Shown in pieces: positions 54,801 to 63,752 of a stretch of DNA of 64,000 nucleotides. This DNA is from Vicinamibacteria bacterium (GTDB lineage: Bacteria > Acidobacteriota > Vicinamibacteria > Marinacidobacterales > Marinacidobacteraceae). The first letter of the stretch is position 1, and every line of letters starts with the position of its first letter. The notes beneath the pieces are model-generated. The model saw only the letters and a list, made by a program, of their open reading frames with translations, did no database searches and was not told where the DNA came from. Made by a program: the position numbers and the translations under genes. Location of the stretch: positions 1,024,001 to 1,088,000 of the forward strand of contig OY821641.1 in NCBI GenBank assembly GCA_963555995.3. The letters run 5' to 3'.

Positions 54801-55265
54801 CGGCGTCCGCTGCGCCCCGAGACCGACTACAGCTTCCCGCTGCTCGCCCAGGGTCTCCAGGACATCGTGGACGAGGGCGGTTCGGGGGCCATCGGCGCCC
54901 ACGGCCAGCACCACGGCATCGGTTCGCACTGGGAGATCTGGATGGCCGAGCCGGCGATGGGCGCCGAGGGGGCGCTGGACTTGGCGAGCCGGCAGGGCGC
55001 CGCGTTCCTCGGGCTGGAGCACGAGCTCGGGACCGTCGAGGACGGCAAGCTCGCCGATCTCGTGGTGCTGGACCGGAACCCGCTGGACGACATCCGGGCC
55101 ACCGCCGACATCCACCTGGTGGTCAAGGACGGCCGCATCTACGACGGGGACACCCTCGACGAGATCTGGCCCGATGAGCGGTCCTACGGCGGCTATCCGT
55201 GGCTCCAGGAGGAGATGTTCCGCAGCGACGACCGGCCGATCCGTCCGAACGGAGAAGATCGTTGA
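51900..55265 (+). CDS. Secreted amidohydrolase with TolB/PD40 beta-propeller
   Basis: EGTFMSLDVSPDG, many SPDG repeats, PGFIDMHAH, GKLADLVVL; 12-bp tandem GAATCCGCTGAC at the 5' end. Confidence 0.9.
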   Translation: MRNPLTNPLTNPFIPPAPARLPRRLVPIAALLLFATTAAAQQGGRTDDSGWDTTLARGDAYDLVFETTEGTFMSLDVSPDGASIVFDLLGHVYRVPITGGRAECLTQNSGVAVNYHPRWSPDGGTIAFVSDRGGQSNLWLMDADGGNPRAVHQDPESRVATPAWLPNGQGIVARWNTLGRPRRSGLYLFHPDGGSGVELVDGAEYGRASWPAPSGHGTLYFHFAPSSERDLVRGAMQIRELDLETGKVYDVTEGQSQQQYQGSSGGAIAPEPSPDGRWLAFARRIPGGTISFKGHRFGPRTALFLRDLHTGAERLLADPIETDLAEGMKTERVLPGYSWSPDSSAIYVLRGGRIVRVDAASGATEEVPFVAEVRRRVSEQARAEFDISGDTFRARMIRWPAVSPDGSVAVFHAAGRLYRMTLPDGAPERLIEGDDPAYELSPAFSPDGVTVAYTSWDDTDGHLLTVPAGGGVPTRLTETSSEYIHPVWTPDGSAIVVAQGTGAPARGRSWSQNLRYDLVSVPAAGGEATVITRTLRPFNAGRPLMPRRQIVAPSFGPDGRLFFPEQDSWERGGQREDVTRLVSVQPDGSDRRVHLTFPFADEAAPSPDGRWVAFSEGDNVYVTALPWPGAGKEAPHIERRRASLPIRTVTQDGGMFPRWTPDGLLYLGSGPRITTYDPDSEETTRHEITLDLPRQRGKGSAVLTGARIVTLGDQGTLEEGVVRIVDGRIACVGDCAAADGDREINVSGKTIVPGFIDMHAHHHRDHTGVFPRRNWEAGVYLAYGMTTTLDNSQWSQNVFAAAELVEAGEMVGPRMYSTGDPMYNGDGSRQNDIRSYQDAENNIERLTSWGATAIKSYMQPRRDQRQWIADISRERKLMLTGEGGSLVYNVGLILDGQTAWEHPLTYIPLYADAAKFFGRTKTVYSITFVVGGPSVWNEEYFWQETANWEDPKQQRWLPWRMLIPHTRRRPLRPETDYSFPLLAQGLQDIVDEGGSGAIGAHGQHHGIGSHWEIWMAEPAMGAEGALDLASRQGAAFLGLEHELGTVEDGKLADLVVLDRNPLDDIRATADIHLVVKDGRIYDGDTLDEIWPDERSYGGYPWLQEEMFRSDDRPIRPNGEDR

Positions 55266-55423
55266 GCGGGTTCCCCGCGGCCGCGTGGGCCCTGCTCGTG
55301 GTGGCCATCGTGCCCGGCATGGCGCTCGCCATCTGGAACGCCGCCCGCGGCCGCCGGGGGCTGAGAACCCCCACCGGGAGAAACCGTCATGTGCGGTCCT
55401 CCTGCACACCCCGCCGGGCATGA
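55262..55423 (+). CDS. Small single-TM protein
   Basis: TTGA overlap with the amidohydrolase stop, GGAG RBS; AAAWALLVVAIVPGMALAIWN. Confidence 0.45.
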   Translation: MSGFPAAAWALLVVAIVPGMALAIWNAARGRRGLRTPTGRNRHVRSSCTPRRA

Positions 55424-55440
55424 AAATGGCGGAGACGGCT

Positions 55441-55945
55441 GGGAGCGCCGCAGGGAGCGCCGGTGGGAGCGCCGGTCTTCAGACCGGCACAGCGGGCCGA
55501 AGGCCCGCGGACGTCGTACCGCTGTTTGCGGTGATGGACCAGGAGTCGAACGCCATGGTGCGGGGCGGCGTGGCGCCGTGCGCTGCGCGGTCGCGCAGCG
55601 CGTGCCGGTCTGAAGACCGGCGCTCCCACGGCCCAGGGGGCCGAAGGCCCGCGGACGTCGTGTCGCTGTTTGCGGTGATGGACCGGGAGTCGAAGGCCAT
55701 GGTGCCGGGCGGCGTGGCGCCGTGCGCTGCGCGGTCGCGCAGCGCGTGCCGGTCTGAAGACCGGCGCTCCCACGGCCCAGGGGGCCGAAGGCCCGCGGAC
55801 GTCGTGTCGCTGTTTGCGGTGATGGACCAGGAGTCGAACGCCATGGTGCGGGGCGGCGTGGCGCCGTGCGCTGCGCGGTCGCGCAGCGCGTGCCGGTCTG
55901 AAGACCGGCGCTCCCGCGGCCCAGGGGGCCGAAGGCGCGCGGACG
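55441..55945. repeat. Tandem array of three 144-bp units plus a partial unit, each containing a REP palindrome
   Basis: Unit starts at 55501, 55645, 55789, 55933; GCCGGTCTGAAGACCGGCGCTCC in each; an inverted REP at 55466. Confidence 0.92.
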
Positions 55946-55978
55946 TCGGCGCTCACGTGGGTTTCACCACAGGCTGTT
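55946..55978 (-). mobile_element. Solo end of the 35225 MITE family
   Basis: TCGGCGCTCACGTGGGTTTCACCACAGGCTGTT equals the reverse complement of 35225-35257 with 2 mismatches. Confidence 0.75.
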
Positions 55979-55986
55979 AAGCGGAC

Positions 55987-57516
55987 ATGCCCGAAAACTG
56001 GCCGCTGTGGGCGGTTCTTGTTTCGTACCTCTCCATCCTCTTCGGGCTCGCCATCTGGAGTTCCCGCAGCACCCGCGACCTCGCCGGCTACTACCTGGCG
56101 GGGCGGAAGCTCCCGGCAGCCGTCGTCGGCTTCTCCGCGGCGAGCACCGGCGAGAGCGCCTGGCTGCTCCTCGGGCTTACCGGGATGGGCTACCTGCTGG
56201 GGGTGAACGCGCTCTGGATCGTCTTCGGCGAGGTGCTGGCCACCGCGGTGGCGTGGACCTTCATCGGACCCCGCTTCAAGGCGCTTGCCGACCGTTACCG
56301 CGCCATCACGGTGGCCGACTGGATGGAGGAACGGTTCGGGGACCGGCGGCAGATCCTCCGCATCCTCGGATCGGTGGTGATCCTCGTGATGGCGGGGACC
56401 TACATGGCCGCCCAGCTCACCGGATCGGGCAAGACCTTCGAGTCGTTCCTCGGGGTCCCCTACGAGGCCGGCGTCGTGCTCGGGGCGGTCGTCATCCTCT
56501 TCTACACGAGCTTCGGCGGCCTCAAGGCGGTCGCCTGGAGCGACCTGATCCAGGCGACGCTGATGGCGGCGGCGCTGGTGGCGCTGCCGCTGGTCGCGAT
56601 CCACGAGATCGGCGGGCTCTCCGTGCTGGCGGAGCGGCTGGCGAGCGCGGACCCCGGCCTGCTGCGCCCGCTCGGGTCCTCGGGCGCGAGCGCCCAGGGG
56701 TTCGCCGACGTCATCAGCCACATGGGGATCGGCCTCGCCTTCCTCGGCGCGCCGCAGCTCCTCGTCCGGTTCATGGCCTCGAAGGACCGGCGCACGCTGT
56801 CCGACGGCGGGTTCATGGCCGCGTTCGTGATCGTGCTGTTCGATCTCGGGGCGGTGCTCACCGGGATGGCCGGCCGGGTGCTCTACCCGGTGATGGACGA
56901 CCCGGAGGGGATCCTGCCGCTGCTGGCCTCGGACCTCATGCCGCCGGTGGTCACCGGCCTCTTCCTGACCGCGGTGCTGGCGGCGATCATGTCCACGGCG
57001 GACTCGGTGCTGCTGCTGGCCTCGTCGGCGGTGGTGCGGGACTTCTTCGAGAAGCTGCTCGGGACGCGCCACCGGGACCCGGCGGCGCCGGGACTCTCCG
57101 GGTTCGTGGCCCGGGTGACCGGCGACGAAGCCCGGCTGGCCCGCTTCGGCAAGGCGGTCACGCTGGCGCTCGGGGTGGTCGGGATCGGCGTCGCCCTCCC
57201 GGAGGTGCGGGTCATCTTCTTCTTCGTCCTGTTCTCGTGGTCGGGGCTCGGCTGCGCCTTCGCGCCGGTCGCCATCCTGGGGATCTTCTGGAAGCGCATG
57301 ACCCTGCCCGGGGCGGTCGCCGGGATGGTGACCGGCTTCCTGACCTCAGTGGGCTGGTTCCTGTGGGGGAAGCCCGCGTACTTCCAGCTCTACGAGATGG
57401 TCGTGGGGTTCGCCGCCGGGTTCGCCGCCGCCATCGTGGTCAGCCTCCTGACCCGGCCCGATCCGGAGGGCGCGAAGCAGGTGGAGGAGGCGGCGCGCTG
57501 GGCGAGGCAGCGGTGA
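55987..57516 (+). CDS. putP: Sodium/proline (SSS family) symporter
   Basis: YYLAGRKL, SAWLLLGL, GGLKAVAWSD, AAIMSTADS. Confidence 0.88.
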   Translation: MPENWPLWAVLVSYLSILFGLAIWSSRSTRDLAGYYLAGRKLPAAVVGFSAASTGESAWLLLGLTGMGYLLGVNALWIVFGEVLATAVAWTFIGPRFKALADRYRAITVADWMEERFGDRRQILRILGSVVILVMAGTYMAAQLTGSGKTFESFLGVPYEAGVVLGAVVILFYTSFGGLKAVAWSDLIQATLMAAALVALPLVAIHEIGGLSVLAERLASADPGLLRPLGSSGASAQGFADVISHMGIGLAFLGAPQLLVRFMASKDRRTLSDGGFMAAFVIVLFDLGAVLTGMAGRVLYPVMDDPEGILPLLASDLMPPVVTGLFLTAVLAAIMSTADSVLLLASSAVVRDFFEKLLGTRHRDPAAPGLSGFVARVTGDEARLARFGKAVTLALGVVGIGVALPEVRVIFFFVLFSWSGLGCAFAPVAILGIFWKRMTLPGAVAGMVTGFLTSVGWFLWGKPAYFQLYEMVVGFAAGFAAAIVVSLLTRPDPEGAKQVEEAARWARQR

Positions 57517-58349
57517 GGCGGACGACCGCCGGCTGGGTCGTCGCGGCGCTCGCTCCATTCGCCCTCCCGGCCTGCGAAGAGGGCGGGGAAGGTCCCACCA
57601 GCCCGGGACCCGGCGCCCCGTCGAACGCGCTGGTGGACCGCGTGGAGATCGTCTCGGAGCCGGCCGCGAACGGGACCTATCTCGACGGCGAGGACCTCGT
57701 CTTCGCCGTCCTGCTCACGAGCGGAGAAGCGGTGGAGGCGACCGGCGAGGTCTTCCTGATCTTCGACCTCGGGCTCGCGAGCCAGCCGGCCGCCCTCGCG
57801 TCCTCGGAAGCCGGACGGCTGGAGTTCCGCTACCAGGTCCGGCGCGGGGACTACGACGGCGACGGCATCAGCGTGCCGGAGGGGGAGCTGATGTTCTCGC
57901 CCGGCGCCACGCTGCGGATCGGCGGCGCCGATCTCGACGCGGGCGTCCCGGGACTCCCGGCGGACGGGGAACACCGGGTCTTCGCGCGCTTCTCGCGCGG
58001 CGAGTCGGTCGTCTTTGACACCACCCTCGACCGTTTCCCGGTGGACTCGCTGGGTCTCACCGGCGCGGTGGGGTGCGCCGCGACCGAGGACATCGTCCCT
58101 CTCGTGGAGGCGGTCCTCGAGGGGAACCTGCCCGGCGCAGCGAGCCTCTTCCAGGTGGCCCGGCAACTCGGGCGCTGCGCAACGCTCAACGAGGGAGCGC
58201 CCGCCATCTTCCTCGCGGCGGCGGTACGGGAGCACCGGGGCGAAGTCTACGACCTGGTGCTCGCCTACGGCCCCGGCAGCGCCCTCGGCGGTCAGGAGAC
58301 CGCCGCCAACTGGTGGACCCTCGCCGACTTCCTTGCGGAACCGCCGTAA
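57513..58349 (+). CDS. Lipoprotein with an Ig-like surface domain
   Basis: GTGA overlap; lipobox LPAC; GTYLDGE...LEFRYQVRRGDYDGDGISV. Confidence 0.65.
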   Translation: MRRTTAGWVVAALAPFALPACEEGGEGPTSPGPGAPSNALVDRVEIVSEPAANGTYLDGEDLVFAVLLTSGEAVEATGEVFLIFDLGLASQPAALASSEAGRLEFRYQVRRGDYDGDGISVPEGELMFSPGATLRIGGADLDAGVPGLPADGEHRVFARFSRGESVVFDTTLDRFPVDSLGLTGAVGCAATEDIVPLVEAVLEGNLPGAASLFQVARQLGRCATLNEGAPAIFLAAAVREHRGEVYDLVLAYGPGSALGGQETAANWWTLADFLAEPP

Positions 58350-58381
58350 GCGCAGGGGTCGCCGTTCTCCAGGATGACGCG

Positions 58382-58830
58382 CCGGCTTGGAACGCCGATC
58401 TCCAGATCGGCACGCGCGGCGCTCCGCGCCGCGCCCGTCGCAACGCCATTCGGCCTGAAGGCACCCCCGGCTTGGAACGCCGATCTCCAGATCGGCACGC
58501 GCGATGCTCCGCGCCGCGCCCGTCGTAACGCCATTCGGCCGGAAGGCACCCCCGGCTTGAAACGCCGGTCCCCGACCGGCACGCGCGGCGCTCCGCACCG
58601 CGCCCGTCGCAACGCCATCGGGTCTGATGACACCCCCGGCTTGGAACGCCGATCTCCAGATCGGCACGCGCGGCGCTCCGCGCCGCGCCCGTCGTAACGC
58701 CATTCGGCCGGAAGGCACCCCCGACTTGAAACGCCGGTCTCCGACAGGCACGCGCGGTGCTCTGCACCGCGCCCGTCACAACGCCACCGGGTCTGATGGC
58801 ATCCCCGGCTTGGAACGCCGACCTCCGGCC
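58382..58830. repeat. Tandem array of about 5.3 REP-containing 84-85 bp units
   Basis: CCGGCTTGGAACGCCG(A/G)TCTCC..A(T/C)CGGCACGCGCGG units at 58382, 58467, 58552, 58636, 58721, 58805. Confidence 0.92.
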
Positions 58831-58902
58831 GGCATCGCCCGTCGGAGGCGGGCGAAACGCGATCCCGGTTCATCCGGCTACCGCCGTCGCTACCCTCATC
58901 TC

Positions 58903-59265
58903 ATGAGCCGCACCGCCTGCCGCAAGTTCTCCCCCGCCAACTGCGCCACCCAACTCCCCGACGACCGCTACTTCGTCGCGCTGAACCGCGGCACTCTCGA
59001 AGTCGGCCTCTACGCCCCGGAAGGCGTGGACCCCCAACAGCCCCACGATCAGGACGAGTGCTACGTGATCCTCGAAGGCGATGGCCGGTTCGAGATGGGC
59101 GACGAGACGGTTCCTTTCCAGCCGGGCGATTTCTTCTTCGTCCCCGCCGGTGTACCCCATCGCTTCCTCGAGTTCGACGACTCGTTCAAGGCGTGGGTGA
59201 TCTTCTACGGCCCGGAAGGTGGAGAGGATCCGATGGGGGCGTCCCCCGGACATTCCTCCTCGTAG
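58903..59265 (+). CDS. Cupin domain protein
   Basis: DPQQPHDQDECY, GDFFFVPAGVPHRF, WVIFYGP. Confidence 0.88.
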   Translation: MSRTACRKFSPANCATQLPDDRYFVALNRGTLEVGLYAPEGVDPQQPHDQDECYVILEGDGRFEMGDETVPFQPGDFFFVPAGVPHRFLEFDDSFKAWVIFYGPEGGEDPMGASPGHSSS

Positions 59266-59560
59266 CTCCGTCCCTCCGGTTGCGCCTACGAATCCGCCCG
59301 TCCAGCAGACCTCCCGACGGCGACGGACTTGCCGGGGTCTCTCGACGGATTCGGCGATCTTCCGGCGCAAGGCTGCGCGGAGCATTGTGGCGGCTCCGTC
59401 GGCCAATCACTTCTGTCCTTTTCCGGAGGACAATCGAACGGCAATCCGTCCTTTTGAAAGGGATGGATCTGGTGCGGATGTCGCCCAGGATGGCGGGAGT
59501 CACCCTTTGATTTGCATGGATGGAAGAAAATCCATTGTGACTGTTGTGAAATCGAGTGAA

Positions 59561-59597
59561 TCATGCATATCCAAAATCTGGATTATGATTTGCATGA
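59561..59597. promoter_or_regulatory. Inverted-repeat operator immediately before the AAA ATPase
   Basis: TCATGCATATC-N15-GATTTGCATGA (10/11 match); extra half-site at 59509. Confidence 0.55.
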
Positions 59598-60767
59598 ATG
59601 ATCCCCCGTAAGGCCGAAGAGGAGATCCGCGCCGGCCTCCGCCGACAGGCGGTCGTCGCCCTCCTCGGTCCCCGCCAGGCCGGGAAGACCACGCTGGCCC
59701 GCGCCATTGCGGAGCGAACCGATGCGGTCGTCCTCGATCTTGAGAGCACGGCGGACCGGGATCAGCTCGCGGACGTTCCTCTGTTCGTTCGCGCCAACGA
59801 GGACCGCCTGGTCGTCCTCGACGAGATCCACAAGATGCCGGAGATCTTTGACGAACTCCGCGTTCTGGTGGACGAAGGACGACGGCGGGGTAAGGGCGTG
59901 GGTCGTTTCCTGGTCCTCGGATCGGCTTCGATCCCGTTCCTCAGGCAGTCGGAGAGCCTCGCGGGCCGGATCGAGTACGTGGACCTCGGCCCCCTCAACG
60001 TCCTCGAAACGGAACCCACGTTCGAGGCCGCGACCCGGCTGTGGGTTCGCGGCGGCCTACCGCTCAGCTTCCTCGCGAAGAGCGACGAAGACAGCCTGAT
60101 CTATCGCCGGAACCTGATCCGCACCTATCTGGAGCGTGACGCGCCGGAGTTCTACCCGCGTGTCCCGCCCCTCACCCTCGAACGGCTCTGGACGATGCTC
60201 GCCCATGGCCAGGGCGGGTTGCTGAATGCCGCGCGACTGGCCGCCGGGTTGGGGATCAGCGCGCCCACGGTCGTCAACTATGTGGACCTGCTGGCCGGAA
60301 TACTCCTCGTCCGCCGTCTGCCTCCTCGCCACGCGAACGTGAAGAAACGGCTCGTGAAATCCCCTCGGGTCTATGTGCGGGACAGCGGCCTCGTCCACGC
60401 CCTGCTCCGGATAGGCGACCTGAACTCGCTGCTCGGCCACCCGGTGGTCGGCCCGAGCTGGGAGGGCTTCGTCATCGAGACCATCCTGGGCGCCGCGCCC
60501 TGGGGCGTGCTGCCCTCGTTCTACCGGACCGCGAACGGCGCCGAGGCCGATCTGGTCCTCGACCTGCCCGGGCAACTGCGTCCCTGGGTCATCGAGATCA
60601 AACGATCATCCAGTCCGCGCCTGTCCCCGGGCTTCACGATCGCCCGCCGTGACCTGAATGCGGAACGAGCCTTCGTGGTTTACGGGGGTGAGGAACGATT
60701 CCCGATCCGGCGCGGCGTCGAAGCGATCAGCCTCCGGGAGATGGCGGCTCTGGTCCGCGACCTCTGA
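59598..60767 (+). CDS. AAA+ ATPase (AAA_14/DUF4143 with a C-terminal PD-(D/E)xK-like motif)
   Basis: GPRQAGKTT, LDEIH, LGSAS, RGGLP, DSGL, EADL...IEIK. Confidence 0.9.
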   Translation: MIPRKAEEEIRAGLRRQAVVALLGPRQAGKTTLARAIAERTDAVVLDLESTADRDQLADVPLFVRANEDRLVVLDEIHKMPEIFDELRVLVDEGRRRGKGVGRFLVLGSASIPFLRQSESLAGRIEYVDLGPLNVLETEPTFEAATRLWVRGGLPLSFLAKSDEDSLIYRRNLIRTYLERDAPEFYPRVPPLTLERLWTMLAHGQGGLLNAARLAAGLGISAPTVVNYVDLLAGILLVRRLPPRHANVKKRLVKSPRVYVRDSGLVHALLRIGDLNSLLGHPVVGPSWEGFVIETILGAAPWGVLPSFYRTANGAEADLVLDLPGQLRPWVIEIKRSSSPRLSPGFTIARRDLNAERAFVVYGGEERFPIRRGVEAISLREMAALVRDL

Positions 60768-60786
60768 GCCGGTCCGGCCCCGCCGT

Positions 60787-62127
60787 TCAGAGAGCCCGGA
60801 GACCTTCGGACGGAATGAGTTCGGGATCGTCCGTGTCGTTCGCCAGGCGTTCCAGCGACCCGATCACCCGGTCCAGCCCGACCTGCCGCCGCGCCCAATG
60901 CATCGGCCCGCCGCGCTCCCGGGGGAATCCGTAGCCGAGCGCCCAGACCACGTCCACGTCGCCCTCCCGCTCGGCGATCCCTTCGGTGAGGATCCGCGCT
61001 CCCTCGTTCACCAGCGCGAAGAGACAGCGCTCGAGAATCTCGAGGTTTCCCACCGTGCGGCGTTCGATTCCCTGCGCCGTGGATTCACCAACGGCGATCT
61101 CGGCGACCTCCGGGTCGGGGTGTGGCGTCCGGTCCCCGCGCTCGTAGCGGTAGAACCCGGCGCCCGTCTTCTGGCCGAGCCGTCCCCGTTCGCAGAGCTG
61201 GTCCGCCACGTTCGGCGGTGGGGGCGGCGCGCCTCGAGACTCTGCTTCCCTGGCGAGCCGTTGCCGCACCGCCCGGCCGATGTCCAGCCCCGCCAGGTCC
61301 GCCACCGCGAAGGGACCCATCCGGAACCCGAAATCCTGGAGCGCCCCGTCAATCTGCTCGGGGAGCGCGCCCTCCAGCAGCAGCCGGTCCGCCTGCCGGC
61401 GGTAGGCGTAGAGCATCCGGTTGCCCACGAAGCCGTCGCAGACCCCGACCGGTACCGGCGCCTTGCCGAGCCGGACGCCGAGGGACATCGCGGTGGCGAG
61501 CGTTTCCGGCGCGGTGGCGTCGCCCACCACCACTTCCAGCAGGCGCATCACGTGGGCCGGGCTGAAGAAGTGCGTTCCGACGACGGCTTCCGGCCGGCCG
61601 GTGGCGGCGGCGATGGCGTCCACATCGAGGGAGGAGGTATTCGTCGCGAGGACCGCGCCCGGTTGCGCCACCCGATCGAGGCGGGCGAAGACGTCCTGCT
61701 TGACGGCCATCTCCTCGAAGACCGCCTCCACGAGGAAGTCCGCGCCGCCGAAGTCTTCGAACCCTTCGGCGCGGCGGATCCTCCGCAGCCGCGCTTCCGC
61801 CTCCGCGGCGGCGATCTTTCCCCGGCCCACGGCGCGGGAAAGGCTCCCGGCGACCGCCGCTTCGCCCTGGACCCAGGCGTCGTCCGATTCCTCGTGGACC
61901 ACCACCGGGATTCCTGCCGCGGCGAAGGACATCGCGATCCCGCGCCCCATGGTCCCGAAGCCCACGACCGCGGCGCTCTCGACTTCGGACCCGGTCACCC
62001 CTTCCGGAATCCGCCGCGACCGCGCCGCTGCGCTTTCCGCCTGCCGGAGGTGTTCAGCGGCGGCCCGCTGCTCTTCCGGGGTAGGGGTCCGGTCCAGGGG
62101 TTCCGAAGGCGGGGCCGAAGAGTCCAT
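60787..62127 (-). CDS. 3-hydroxyacyl-CoA dehydrogenase (no hydratase domain)
   Basis: GFGTMG, EAVFE, TNTSSL, HFFSPA, GFVGNR, MGPF...DLAGLD. Confidence 0.9.
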   Translation of the reverse strand: MDSSAPPSEPLDRTPTPEEQRAAAEHLRQAESAAARSRRIPEGVTGSEVESAAVVGFGTMGRGIAMSFAAAGIPVVVHEESDDAWVQGEAAVAGSLSRAVGRGKIAAAEAEARLRRIRRAEGFEDFGGADFLVEAVFEEMAVKQDVFARLDRVAQPGAVLATNTSSLDVDAIAAATGRPEAVVGTHFFSPAHVMRLLEVVVGDATAPETLATAMSLGVRLGKAPVPVGVCDGFVGNRMLYAYRRQADRLLLEGALPEQIDGALQDFGFRMGPFAVADLAGLDIGRAVRQRLAREAESRGAPPPPPNVADQLCERGRLGQKTGAGFYRYERGDRTPHPDPEVAEIAVGESTAQGIERRTVGNLEILERCLFALVNEGARILTEGIAEREGDVDVVWALGYGFPRERGGPMHWARRQVGLDRVIGSLERLANDTDDPELIPSEGLRAL

Positions 62128-62191
62128 TGCGGAAACAGGATAGCGACGGTCCCGCCCGGTGCTACCGTCCCCTGCGTCCGGGAGGCCCGAC

Positions 62192-62680
62192 ATGCGCACC
62201 ATCCTGAAGATCACGGCACTCGTGGCGCTGCTTGCCCTCGCCTGGGGCGCTGGCTGGCTGGCTTCGGGGATCGGAGTCGGACGGGTCGCCCCGGAGGCGA
62301 GCCTCGAAGCGCGCGAGCGCGCCTTCTCCGAGAGCATGCGCGACGTCGTGCTCGACGGCAGCTTCACGGTGGCCTGGCCGGAACCCCGCGACGGGGTCTA
62401 TAGCGACCGCTACGAGATCGCCGGGGTCACCAAGCTGGACGGCGACCGCTGGCGTTTCGACGCCCGGATCACCTACGGAAACACCGACGTGACGCTGCCG
62501 GTGGTGGTGCCGATCCGCTGGGCGGGGGACGTGCCCATGATCCGGATGGTGGACGTCGAGATTCCGGGCCTCGGCAACGAGTTCGGCGCGACGATCGTGT
62601 TCGACGGCGACCGCTACGGCGGCACCTGGGACCACGGCGAGGTCGGCGGCTTCATGTTCGGGCGGGTGGTCCGGGACTAG
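62192..62680 (+). CDS. Exported beta-rich hypothetical protein
   Basis: GGAGG RBS, N-terminal hydrophobic helix, YGGTWDHG. Confidence 0.65.
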   Translation: MRTILKITALVALLALAWGAGWLASGIGVGRVAPEASLEARERAFSESMRDVVLDGSFTVAWPEPRDGVYSDRYEIAGVTKLDGDRWRFDARITYGNTDVTLPVVVPIRWAGDVPMIRMVDVEIPGLGNEFGATIVFDGDRYGGTWDHGEVGGFMFGRVVRD

Positions 62681-62716
62681 GGCAACTCCCGCGCCGGACC
62701 GCGCTCCGAGGGAGAC

Positions 62717-63277
62717 ATGACCGCGCCCAGCGCGTCCGAGGCGACCTGGCTCGCGCTGCTGCGTGGCATCAACGTCGGCGGCAGGAACGTGATCCGGATG
62801 GCGGACCTCCGGAGCTGTTTCGAGGCGGCAGGCTTCCGCGACGTCGTCACCTACATCCAGAGCGGGAATGTGATCTTCCGCGCCCCGGACTCGACGCCCG
62901 GCGCCCTGACGATGCGGATTGAGGAGATGCTGGCCTCGGCGTTCGGCTACCAGGCGAAAGTCGCGTTGCGTTCCCGCGAGCAGATGGAAGCGGTGGTCGG
63001 CGGAGCGCCCGCAGGGTTCGGCTCGCAACCGGAGCGGCACCGCTACGACACCCTCTTCCTGAGGCCCCCGCTGACCGCGACCGCCGCCATGAACGAGGTG
63101 CTCGTCCGGCCTGGCGTGGACGAGGCGTGGGCGGGCGACGGGGTTCTCTATTTCTCGCGCCTGATCAGCCAGGCCTCCCGGAGCTACCTCAGCCGGCTCG
63201 TCTCGATGCCGGTGTACCAGGAGATGACCATCCGCAACTGGAACACGACGACCAGACTGCTGCAACTCATGTCCTGA
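62717..63277 (+). CDS. DUF1697 protein
   Basis: ALLRGINVGG, TYIQSGNV, TIRNWNT. Confidence 0.9.
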   Translation: MTAPSASEATWLALLRGINVGGRNVIRMADLRSCFEAAGFRDVVTYIQSGNVIFRAPDSTPGALTMRIEEMLASAFGYQAKVALRSREQMEAVVGGAPAGFGSQPERHRYDTLFLRPPLTATAAMNEVLVRPGVDEAWAGDGVLYFSRLISQASRSYLSRLVSMPVYQEMTIRNWNTTTRLLQLMS

Positions 63278-63350
63278 GTTGACGCCGGACAACGACTGGA
63301 TCGCCGAGCGCCGGGGATCCGAGATCCTTCAGTCGCGACCTCGGATGTTC

Positions 63351-63379
63351 TTGACACCATATGTCAAAGAAGACATAAT
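63351..63379 (+). promoter_or_regulatory. Sigma70 promoter with overlapping palindromic operator of the higBA-like module
   Basis: TTGACA-17-CATAAT; TATGTC-N6-GACATA at 63360-63377. Confidence 0.75.
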
Positions 63380-63386
63380 TGTCTGA

Positions 63387-63752
63387 TTGAGTTGGGCAGT
63401 CGAGATCGCCGACGACTTCGCGTCGGAATTCGACAGCCTGCATGTCGATGTGCAAACGGAGATTTTGGCCTTGTCGCGCGTCCTTCAGCGGTTCGGACCG
63501 CAGCTCGGACGGCCCCGGGTGGACACGCTGAACGGCTCCCGGCACGCGAACATGAAGGAAATGCGGTTCCGCGCGGCCCATGGCGAATGGCGGGTGGCGT
63601 TCTGCTTCGACCCCGCGCGGAAGGCTGTCTTGCTCGTTGCCGGCGACAAGTCGGGAACCAGTTCACGGCGCTTCTATCGTGCACTGATTCGCAAGGCGGA
63701 CGAGCGGTTTGACAATCACCTGAGGCGGCTCAAACGAGAGGAGCCATCATGA
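63387..63752 (+). CDS. higB: RelE/HigB (Gp49-like) toxin
   Basis: GPQLGRPRVDTLNGSRHANMKEMR...WRVAF...VAGDKSG. Confidence 0.88.
   Translation: MSWAVEIADDFASEFDSLHVDVQTEILALSRVLQRFGPQLGRPRVDTLNGSRHANMKEMRFRAAHGEWRVAFCFDPARKAVLLVAGDKSGTSSRRFYRALIRKADERFDNHLRRLKREEPS

Noticed and set aside
50823-55421. 1532-aa minus-strand ORF and other long antisense ORFs (20095..23646, 16584..19298, 14360..16789, 46740..49157)
   Set aside because: Shadow ORFs of high-GC genes on the opposite strand; only the last roughly 338 codons of 50823..55421 encode a recognisable PLP enzyme.
58382-58830. CRISPR array
   Set aside because: Inter-repeat sequences are near-identical rather than unique spacers, no cas genes are present, and the same palindrome is dispersed as REPs. 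The same applies to 55441-55945.
59270-59500. Degenerate Fic remnant (FCPFPEDNR / IRPFERDG) or ncRNA with two hairpins
   Set aside because: The resemblance is too weak to support without a profile search.
60787-62127. Truncated fadB pseudogene
   Set aside because: Intact frame, complete dehydrogenase motifs and its own -10; hydratase-less forms are plausible functional enzymes.
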